A DNA stretch of 64,000 bases, taken from NCBI GenBank assembly GCA_020137815.1, contig CM035361.1, positions 4,154,001 to 4,218,000 of the forward strand, given 5' to 3'. The stretch is from Hormiphora californensis. Lineage: Eukaryota; Animalia; Ctenophora. A model generated the notes under the pieces. That model had not been told where the DNA came from and did not search any database. It saw only the letters and a list, made by a program, of their open reading frames with translations. Below, piece after piece: positions 36,201 through 48,200 of this stretch; the stretch's first letter is position 1, and the number at the start of each line of letters is the position of its first letter. The position numbers and the translations under genes were made by a program.

Positions 36201-39200
36201 CTGGAATTATATTAGACTAATTATCGATGAAAATGCTTGATATATTTCTATGGCTTAAACTAATAGGCCACAATTGCAGGTGTATGCAGGAGACGAATTC
36301 TGTGGATCCATTACTTACACCTCCGGAGATGTGTTTACAGTTGACTGCAATGGAGCTGTTGCTGGTTAGTTTTACACCTTGCTCCTTCATAAAATAATTT
36401 TACTCCTTCATAAACCGCTCGAAACCCCATCGAATTTCCATGTACCTTTATAAAACAAATCTCCCTGCAGGATCTATAAGAATTGAACAGAACTACAACT
36501 ATTTGACTCTGTGTGAGGTGAATGTCTTTGGAGAGCCGACCGAGGAAGCACCATTAGTTAATCTCGCCCTGGGCATGCCCACAAGTCAGACAAGCGAGGG
36601 GTGGAACGGTAATCCTGCCAGAGCCGTTGACGGAAGAACCAACGGAGTCTGGAGCCAGTAAGTGAATTCCCTAGTCAGAATATAATATGTATTTTTTCGA
36701 TAATACGTATTAAATACGGAGTCTGGAGCCAGTAAGTGAATTTCCAGCTCAATTATACTCCAGCTTAGTTTGCATGGTGTATTGACAAATTTATCGTTGC
36801 AATGTTCACGAGAGCTATTTCTTTAATCCTTAGCCTCTGGTAAAGGATAATGTTCTGTAACTTCCGATCCACAACATAGAATATTGTGATTCTAAATTTG
36901 ACCACATTAGAATCCGTTTACTATCCGGCCGTGCACGTATTCAATGTTGCCAGGACTAATTCCACTAATAACTGTATATTACTCACTGTATATTACTCAT
37001 ATTAATATTACTCATATTAATATTACTCATATTAATATTACTCATATTAATCTTTAAAAATTAGCCAGCTAATTAGCAGCTCCTAATTAACCTACTAATT
37101 ACTCAGGTCGACCTGCACTCACTCAGCAAACGGGGTCTCCAACTTCTGGTCGGTTAATCTTCTGGGAAAGAAGTCTGTTTCCAAGGTTGTCATCCACAAC
37201 AGACGGGACTGTTGCCAGAGCAGACTGAATGGAGCCCAGGTGAATTATTAAGAAACTATAACAGTCGGACCCCGATTTACTGTGCATCCTAATCCTACCA
37301 AGCATACTAATGAATCGGGGTCCGACTGCAGTTTTTAGGCTCTTACATACTCTTAGATAGTCTGTTCTTGGTAATGAAATTACCCCTCTGATATTATTGC
37401 TCACGTGTGCAATAAAAGGGGTGACTTCGTAACCAAAGTCTGTTTAGAGTGTCCATTGCCTGATTGTTATAATACCGTTCTTACTTCTTACGTAATCCAA
37501 GGTCGATACACTTGGATCTTTTCAATTCAATTTTATTCGTGAGATGTCTTGTTGAGTACACTCAACTCAAATGATATCTGTACTATAAACCCGTGTTGTG
37601 TTTTGTAGGTGTATGTTGGCAACAAGTTGTGTGGAACAGTCCAATATGCCAGCACTACAAGTGTTTACGTTATTGAATGTGAGGGAGGTCCATTGAGTGG
37701 GAGTAAGGTGAAAATTCTCAAGGAGGGCGACTATCTGACTCTTTGTGAAGTACAAGTACTAGGTAAGTTGTAGTTGCCATGGTTAAAATGTGGTGTGGTT
37801 ACCATGGTTACACGTGGTGGGATTACCATGGTTACATGTGGTTTGGTTACCATGGTTACATGTCTATGAGCCACACAATATGTTATTCCACAGGTGTTGA
37901 AAAGGAAAGCAACTTTGTGAACGTGGCCTTGGAAGGAAAAGCCACCCAGGATACTACGGGATGGAGTGGAGTTGCATCACGGGCCATTGATGGAAACACT
38001 GATGGCAACTACTGGGGAAAGTAAGTAAATTTATGACATTTGTCGCTTATGGATCGAGATGTGGTTACCATGGTAACATACTAACACACAATTCTGCAGT
38101 TCTTGTTCTCATAATGGAGCCACGTCTGGTGGGTGGTGGCAGTTGACGTTGGACGAACCAACCAATGTACAACACGTTGTAATCTATAACAGGTAATTTG
38201 ACTTTCTATCATATACTTGATATCATCAAATGAATTTTAGTACTAATAAATCGTTGTTTTCACACGTTTACTAGTTAATTAACTAATTAATTAGTTAATT
38301 ATCAATTTCTCTCAGGGAGGATTGTTGCCAGAACAGGATTGACAAGACAAAGATTTATCTGGATGGAGAGCTGTGTGGAAGGGTAAACTACATTGCCGGA
38401 CAAACTGTTTACAAAATCAGTAAGAAATACATTTTTTATTTAGAAGCAATTTTAATAGGAGCTTATTTGGCTGCTCTAACTCAGATTGGAAGGTAAAAGT
38501 AATGCAGAATACATGTGCTACGATAATTAATTTCTAAGTTTGTTTCAATTACCCTAGGTTGTGGAAACACAGACACCAGTTCGAATGGTTCAGTGATAAG
38601 GATCGAATCAAATTCTGGAAGTTACCTAACCCTTTGCGAGGTACTATTACGTGCTATTTCATTAAAGCATGAACCGACCGAATCAAGTAAGCAGCCAATC
38701 AGAACTCGTTATTTAGGTCACGTGACTGGTTATCAGCCAATCAGGGACCAGTATTTCCTGATTCGGTCGGTTCCTGCATTAAAGACTATCCCTATCAAAT
38801 TGAATTGACTCTCAGCCTAATCTTTATGACAATCAATTGTTAATAAGTAAAACGTCTAATATTGAGATCTCAGCTGTATCATTTGGTAAATAACATTGTT
38901 AATTGTTTAACAGGTTAAAGTGTTATCAGACCCCGATTTCATTGGTGGAGATGGTCTTGCAAACCTGGCCAAGGGAAAACCAACCAGCCAGTCAAGCACC
39001 GGATGGGGCGGAGTCTCTTCACGAGCTGTCGATGGGAAAAAGAGTATTCAGTGAGTTGGAATAACAAACGTTACCATGGTAACAGCAAGTAACAGTTTAG
39101 TGTTACCATGGTAACCGTGTAACAGGTAAAAGTGTTACTGTTATCATGGTAACCGAGTAATAGTTTAGTGTTACCATGGTAACCGTGCAACAGCTTAGTG

Positions 39201-42200
39201 TTACCATGGTAACCATATCTACGTTTCAGATGGAGTTCTGCCACGTGTACCCACACAGCAGCAGCCACTGGAAACTGGTGGATGGTTGACCTGGAGGATA
39301 ACTTCCTGGTTGAAAAGATTAAAATAACCAACAGGGGTGATTGTTGTAGGGATAGGATCAACGGTGCCAAGGTATGAGCTTCAAAAGTTTATAGCATGGA
39401 GGTCTGGTAGGCCTCGATTTACCACGGAACTTCGTTTAACAGGACGGATGAATTTCCTTAAACTTTCACAGTTCGTTGCTCATTATACATTTGGCACCAC
39501 ATTTCCTTATTTTCAGGTTTATGTGGGAGACGAACTGTGTGGTGAAGTGGAGTATAGCGGCCTTAAAAACACGTATGTACATTTGTCATCGTGTTTTACG
39601 GTTTGCTAAGGAATTTAATTCGTTGAAGCTACCCAAACGTTTGCTGTCCCTTTATATGTAGTTATGTGGCATAAGTGTGGTAAGCGATAAAGACCCACTT
39701 TCAATTTGTATTTTGATATGATCCATTTCCAATTTGTATAAAACACTGACGTACACTTCAGATACATTCTCAACTGTGGAATGGTTGGCAGCTTTGTCCG
39801 AATTGTAAACGACAACAGTTATCTGACACTGTGTGAGGTTCGAGTAATGGGCGACCCAACCCCAGTTGACACTGAGAGTAAGTTTAGAAAATAAATATTG
39901 CTTGAATATAATTATATAGAGTCTCATAACATTTTTATGGAAAAATGGAGATGACGCATTCTCAACACTCCACACTATGCATTATGAAACCTCCGGCCCT
40001 GTCCAAACTCATCAAACTTTTCGCCCTGTCCAATGTGATTTCTGTAACGTGATATTAATTAATAGTATATTATATTAATAATTAATATGTTTCGACAGAC
40101 GAGGAGACGGTAGTTGACATTGGAGAAATGAGCTGTGGTAGCGATGACTGTTTGAGTACAGCTACCTGTCCGACTGGTTATGCTACTACTCGGTGTGTCG
40201 TCGCAACAGGTACGTGTGATGCAAATATAGCACGTGCAAAATACTGAAAACAGAAATCAAAAGTGATTGCTTCTGTAGCAACTCAATAAAAACCAATTTG
40301 ACTCACACCTATTGCCCCGTTTTTGCAGGAAGTGTGGGTTCCAAGTCAGATGGTGCATACATTGCTAACAACAATTGTTACGCCGCCAACAGTTACCTCG
40401 GAAACGGTGTCATTGTAAGTGTGCTCCTTCATAAAAATAATCATCAGATTCTCTATTCCCAGCAAGATCAATTTTGAAGAAAATGCTGTATGACGGACTG
40501 TTAATAATTTTGTGTCCCCGCAGGCCAAGGCCACGTGTGCTTTGAACCCCCAAATTAAGAACCCCTGTGGCGGTGAAGCCCTTCTCAAATTCACCAGTGA
40601 GAACCAACACGGTGCCAGTGTCAGTCTATCTTGTCCTGCTGGATATGAGGAGCAGAGTTGTGGTCTCCATTGTCCCTGGGTTGGCCAGTAAGTGACGTTT
40701 CCATAGCAACTCTAGTTACCTCTATAGTTACCATAGCAACTCTAGTTAGCAGAACAACTCTACATGTTACCATAACAACTCTAGTTACTATACTTAGCAT
40801 GAGTAAAATTAGTAAACTAACACCATTTGCCACAGGATCTCATCTAAGGGAGTATCAGATGAGGGAGAACTGATGGGAGAGACTTGTACGGTGTCTGGAT
40901 GTAATAAATGGTGCCGACTATCCATCGTCTGCAAACTCGCTGACTTGTAAGTAACCATAACAACCAAACACTAGAATTGTAAGTAACCATAACAACCATG
41001 GCAACAACCATGGCAACTAAATCATTGACTGAATTCCTCCAGAGAACAATATGCAGCAGCTAATTGTCCCACCTGTGATGGATACACCTGTGGTGAGGGT
41101 GAGGAATGTACAATGGAGGAGGGAGCACCAACCTGCAAAGAGGTTCAGCTGGGATGCGTCGATAATGAGAGGTAATTAATTATTAATTAGAGGTAATTAA
41201 TTAATAATTAAAATTTAACTCACCAATGGGGTACCTGATATAACTAATTAATTACCAATATAACTTCTTGTTAACTGCAATTAACTATAAATGTTAACCA
41301 ATTAACTGTTATCCAATTAAGTATATTTATTAACCGATTAAATATCGCAGGTGTGGTGAGAACGGTGATTGTGTTCCAGTGGGAGGATCTGAATACACGT
41401 GCAACTGTAACTCTACCTTCGAATTCAATGCCTTGGTAAATACACACAATCTGCTGCAGGTTACTAAGTCCTGAAACCTGAGGCTTCAGGTGTAAGTATA
41501 TGTTTTTTTGAAACTGAAAACTACATACTCCCTTCTTTAGACTGGTACCTGCCTGCCAATTCACACGCTGTGGGAGACGGTCATTGGAGAAGAGGCTATT
41601 GGTGACGACGCCGTTTCGACTGCAGAGTGTCCTGATGGTCAGAGCGTAATGAGGTGAGTCATATAGTTACCATGGTTACCTGGTAGCATGATGTGAGTGG
41701 TTACACATGGTTACACAATACACATGGTAACTGGGTGATATGATGTAATTGTGTTACCATGGTAACTGTAAGATATGGTGTAACTATGGTTACCATGATA
41801 ACTGTAAAATATGATGTATGTATTTGTGTTACCATGGTAACGAGAACCATATTTTCCCTTTATAGGGGAGATTAGCGTATAATGGGATACCATTATATTT
41901 TTGACTACACCTCATACGTTATTACACTCATCCCTTCTGATTAACAACCCAGGATGCTGTTTTGCCCCAATATATATCCCCAATATGGTTTTATGTGCCC
42001 GATATGCTCTGATGCGTGAATATCGTGATATCCCATTTGGGGTGCAAATTTTACAGCCGAAAAAAAATGTGGTAAAATGGGATAGTACTTTTTGGTAATA
42101 TGGGATATCCCATTTGGGCCAAAAAATGGTATCCCATTTGACCTAAATGAAGTTTTTCACTACTACGACAGATGAAAATCATCATAAACAGACATTAGAG

Positions 42201-45200
42201 ATGTCAGAGAAAAATGCAAGGGGATACGTTATGATTCGTATCTATACATAGAGTCTGGCAGACATTAGAAGCTACTAGCTAGTAAATCGGCTGGAAAGAT
42301 TGGAGCCGCGGGTCTTCAAACAGTAGCTTAGACGACAACCGCTTGCTAGTCTTGGGGGCCACAGCTGGTTTTCCCAACACTAGAACGACGTCATCGAGGT
42401 CAACCACTTTCACTTGTGCTTGATATTATGTCGCTCTGCGAGCTCGTAGGCCAGTCGACGGATGTCCGTTATCGTCAAACCAAATAAATGCGTCTCCAGT
42501 AGCAGGATGTGATCACACAACTGCTGTTCCAGATCTGCAGACAAAATGGTAGTTCCGCTCCCCAGAATCTTCATGGCACCCTCTGCAAACTTATTCTTCC
42601 CTTTCACTCTCCATTCTTGGGCACGTTGAACAATTTCGAGGCCATAAGGTACCCACATTCCCCTGTCTTGACAGCTTTGATGGCCTTCCTCATACTGACA
42701 GTGTCCCAGCTTTGTCTAGTGGTTTTCCGAGTTTTTTGAGACGTGAAATCGCTGCCATTACGAATCTAATTAAAGAAAAGTAAATTTTTGGTCAAATGAG
42801 ATACCAAAAATTTGGTCAAATGGGATACCCCATTTGGCCAAACAGCAAACCATCCCATTAAACAAAAACAAGGCATGAAGTAAAATCAAGTTATCAAGTC
42901 ATGAGATAGTTATTTATCACTAAATTCATAGCAGGAGTGGAATGAAAATTGTTTAAACTAACCTATTGATCGGTCAAATCTAGCATACAAGTCACAACAA
43001 AGATAAGAAAGCGAGCTGAGCTCGATTGAACATTCTAGTTGCGTTTTTTTCAAAGGGGACCCCTGTGTTATTTGCACTGTAATTCTCAGATGAGTTGTTG
43101 AACGTTATAAGAATGGTGTAAGATTATATCAGAACAGCATCCTATGTCAGAAAATCACGCACATCCCACAGTAATCCCTGGAGCCCAATATCCCATTTGA
43201 CCAAGTATCCCATTTGAGGCGAATCTCCCCTAGATGTTACACCTATGGAGCACCCACTGCAGCCGATGGTGTTTACATTGAAGGACACGGATCTGAGTGT
43301 GTTGCCCGTGCGTCCCATGCCCAGTCCTACCCCGTCCGAGCGGTTGCTTACTGCGGAGGACGAACAATGATGCGAGACCCCTGTACCGGGGAGGATATCT
43401 ACAGTACGGAGTACAGGATCGATTCCTCCCAGAGTCCATCCATAGAATGCCCCCGGGGATACATCATGTCTAGCTGTTCCTTCCACAGTCCATGGACTTC
43501 GGTATGTAGAATCTTGTTTTTTGTATTCTCTGTTGTCTCTGTTGTCTCTGTTGGTTAACTATACAGTCAAACCGAAACCCGTAAACTTTTGGGCCACTCC
43601 AATATAGGGCTCAATTGAAGACGCATTAAAAATTTTTTCAGTTCCTTTATCTTCCTTTTATGTTTCAGTTCCTTTATCAATTCCTCTCATATTTCAGTTC
43701 CTTTATTTTCCTTTTATGTTTCAGTTCCTTTATTTTCCTCTCATGTTTCAGTTCCTTTATTTTCCTCTCATATTTCAGTTCCTTTATTTTCCTCTCATGT
43801 TTCAGTTCCTTTATTTCCCTTTTATGTTTCAGTTCCTTTATTTTCCTTTTATGTTTCAGTTCCTTTATTTTCCTTTTATGTTTCAGTTCCTTTATTTTCC
43901 TTTTATGTTTCAGTTCCTTTATCTTCCTTTTATGTTTCAGTTCCTTTATTTTCCTTTTATGTTTCAGTTCCTTTATCTTCCTTTTATGTTTCAGCTCCTT
44001 TATCAATTCCTGTTTCAGCTCCTGGATGCTGCTAACCGAGCCAAGATCAGTTCTATCAGTAGTGTGGAGCCTAGTGATGATGGGGTGTGTGCTATGGACA
44101 ACTGTATGCAGGCTAACGGTGATCATTGGTGCAAGCTCACAGCCATCTGCACTAAACTTACCGGGTAATTGATTAATTAAATAGTTAATTAGTAGAAATT
44201 AGTAATTACTAAATGGTAATTAGTACAGTCGGACCCCGATTTAGGGACACCCTCGGGGGAAAGGCTCTTGTCCACTAAATCGGGGTGTCCACTAAATCGG
44301 GTTCAAATTATGTTAATTTTCGTATATCGGGGGAAAAAATCCTGTCCCTAAATCGGGGTGCCACTAAATCGGGGGCCCCTAAATCGGGGTCCGACTGTAG
44401 TAAGTAGCTAGTAATTAATTGGTTAATTAGTAGAAATGTAATTACTTCTGCGTGGTAATGTCCGATATATTTAGTTGTAAGTAACTAATCAGGGACAACT
44501 ACAATCTACATGATAACTATACGATAATAAATAATTGATTATTCAATTTCAGGGACAACTACATGAGATCAGCATGCCCAACCTGTGACAATGTCCGATG
44601 TGATGATGGGTTTGAATGTACCATTGGAGCAGACAACAACCTGCCTCAATGTACTGAGGTTGTACCTGGTGGCTGTGATGTCGACAAGTAGGTTACCATG
44701 GCAACAACTAGGAGACTTTAGTTACCATGGCAACAGAGCTAGCAGACTCGAGTTTGAAATTTGTACTATTTATTCGGTAGAAATATGGCAGCTATGCCTC
44801 ACAATTCGGCTACGAATTTCCCAGATCCCTGTGTAAAGAACCATATGGCACCCCATCACAGCTTTAGTCCCCACATGATCCTGTGGACCAAAAGATATCA
44901 CCTCTTAACTTTCTCTACTAGTAGCAGCTGCGGCCGATGAATATAACATTTCTCTACCCTCCTTACAGCTGCGGCCGAGGAGAGTGCATTGAAAATGGAA
45001 CCCAGTACACGTGTAGCTGTGATAGCGGGTTTAGTTTCGATGGTGAGACCTGTAAGGATATTGATGAGTGTGCCCAGTCCCCCTGTGGTAATGGAGAGTG
45101 TGAGAACGTTGAGGGAAGTTACGAGTGTGATTGTATGGATGGATACACTATCGGACAGTAAGTTTATATAGACCAGGAACCGACCGAAACAAGTAAACAA

Positions 45201-48200
45201 CCAATCAGAACTCGTTATTTAGGTCACGTGACTGGTTATCAGCCAACCAGGGACCAGTATTTCCTGATTCGGTCGGTTCCTGTTATAGACCTAACACAAC
45301 AAAGAACAGAGATCAGACTTTAACTGACTGATTAATCACTTAATTAAATGAATAACTAATATATTTTTATTGTTAATTAATTAATTAATATTAATATTAT
45401 AAGCATGTTTGATGATGTATTAGGCGAGATGGATAAAGGAAATGTAGTGGCTCTCATTTGTTTGGACATGAGTGCTGCATTTGATACAGTGGATCATCGA
45501 AAGTTGTTGGAGGTGTTGCAGAATCGGTTTGGAGTTGATGGCGATCCTCTTCAATGGTTTAAGAGCTACCTGAGTTCCAGATCTTTCAGAGTCTCTGTGG
45601 GTGATTGTCTTTCGGAAACCCTGGCCTTACTATGTGGAGTACCCCAGGGGTCCCTTCTTGGTCCAATTTTGTTTCTACTATACATTGAAGCTGTGCAAGA
45701 CATTGTGGAGCCTTATGGTCTTCGGATAAAACTATACGCGGATGACTCCCAGCTCTATGTGAGTCTGGTTCCTACGGATTCTACTGGCTGGTCGGAGGCA
45801 AAGGTGGATATTGAGGAATGTCTGGCAAAGGTGAAGAGGTGGATGGTAGGACAGTGGTTGAAGTGCAACGAGGCTAAGACAGAATTCATCCTCCTTGGAA
45901 AACGCAGTTCGTTAAGTAAAGTCACTTTCGATCCAGTAATCAACTTCGGTGGAACAGAAATCTTCCCTAGTGAATGTAGTGGAACAGATGGTAAGACACT
46001 AGGAATTCTCTTGGATCACAATCTAAATCTTGAACGACAGGTTAATAATGTGAGGAAACAGTGTGGACTGATATTACGGAATCTCTGGCAATTACACAAG
46101 TGTTTTGATGTTACAACAAAGATCATGTTGGTGAAACAGTTGATCATTTCCAGAATTGATTACAGCAATATTTTGTATTGTGGACTTCCTGGCCGAGTTC
46201 TGAGCGGGCTCCAGAAACTTCTCAATGCCTGTGTTCGATTTGTATTTAACCTCCATGGACACCAGGACAACTATATGGAGTATTTCAGGCAGTGTCATAT
46301 TTTACCGATCTCCTACAGGCTGGACTTCAAAGCCTGTTTGATTGCCTATAAAATAGTCAATGGAACAGCCCCGTGTTATCTCCAGGATTTGGTGCCACGT
46401 GATGAGACTTGGGGAACCTCTAGGACTACGAGGATGACTAATGTTCCGGATCCCTATAGGTTAAAACATCCAAAGATGACCAGTATTAATGCCAACTCTA
46501 AGTTGAGACGTAGGAGGTTATCAGTATTCCTGCCTTCTGTCTGGAATGAGCTTCCCCTTGAGCTCAGGTCAATCCCCAACGTGGAAACCTTCAAAACCCG
46601 GCTGAAAACACATCTCTTCGTTGGTGCATTTGGAGTGGGTGATGGGGAACCCATAGCTGAGTTGTAATGTTTGTTGTAGTTGTGGGGCCTGCGGGCAATC
46701 AGTGTCATCCTCTCTCTAGCCATGTTATTATTTCACTACCTAGTATCCTTTTTCCTAGCAGGTGTAAGTAAAGTGTGTTTTGAATTTATATCCACAGGTT
46801 TATGGGACCAGTTATTCCTTCAGTTTTATAAGTCCAGTTAATTTAGTCTTACAATATACTGTTCTTTTTTCAACCAGAGTGTTCGTGTGTGTCATATATT
46901 TAATCGAGGATATACCGCTCTGATGACTCGTCGGAGCATTGCCAATATTTTGACATGTTTCCGTCGGGTATGGGCGGTATATAAGCGCGGAATATTATTA
47001 TTATTAATATTAACTTCAGGGGAACATGTGTAGATATAAACGAATGTTTGGATGACTCCACATGTGGAGAATTGGAGCGATGTTCCAATGTTGAGGGAAG
47101 CTACATTTGTGATTGTCTACAAGCGTTCTACAGGTAACCGCATCTTTATAGGAACATATCTGTCAGAGCATTGGCCAGACTCATTGATCTCAGAGCGCGC
47201 GAGAACTACGTGGTCAGAGCATTGACCTGACAGAGCAACATAGTACAAAACATCATTATTACGAGCTTGTAATCAAGTGATTTTGATACATAGACTCATG
47301 TAGAACGAGGCAACATATAAAAAACAGTTTTTTGTGTGTCCTCCCCGCACTTTGCCTGAGTAGACTGTGTAAAGGGAGGGTTAGAACATAACAACCCGCG
47401 CTAACATTTGTGTGTACTTTCTATAGGGACGCTGTATCAGGTGATTGTGTGTGTACTGACGGATACGAGCCATATGGAACACAGTGCGTCGATATTGATG
47501 AGTGCTTGGCAAACCCCTGCAAACTCCTCGAGGTAATGCATCCCATACCTCTTAGCTGCCACACCCTATAACCTCTTAGCTGCCACATCCCGTAACCTCT
47601 TAGCTGCCACATCCCGTAACCTCTTAGCTGCCACATCCCGTAACCTCTTAGCTGACATCCCATAATCAGTAATCTCTTAGCTGACATCCTGTAACCTCTT
47701 AGCTGACATCCCATAACCTTTTAGCTGCAACATCCCGTAAAATGTTGTGTGACTGGGTTGGTTTAGCCGCATTTTGCTAACAATCACTACGAATTCTCGA
47801 TTAGTTTATAAGCTTAATTGTCTAATTAATTGTGTAATAATTATCTCTTAATTTAATAATTTAAGTAATACAAGATTTAATAATCGTTTATTAAACGATT
47901 ATTAAATCTTGTATTACTTTGTAATCAGCTCCAGAATCTTGATCCTGTCGAGCGCTTTACCAGAAATCCCTTTACAAGCAAAGATCTTAATTTAATTAAT
48001 TAATTACCCCAGGAGTGTACCAACACAGAGGGCAACTACCAATGTGCCTGTGCCGAAGGAGCCGCAGTATTCCCATCCTCGAACGGAGAGTGTGTAACCT
48101 ACAAGGCATGTGACCTGTCCGGAGTAAAGGAGGAATACCAGGGTATACGGGGTAACACCATCAGGGTTGAGGTGAGTTATACTAGCTGGGTATCGGGGTA

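Noticed and set aside
43677-44126. Minus-strand KELKHKRKI coiled-coil-like ORF
   Set aside because: Antisense reading of the 27-bp acceptor array.
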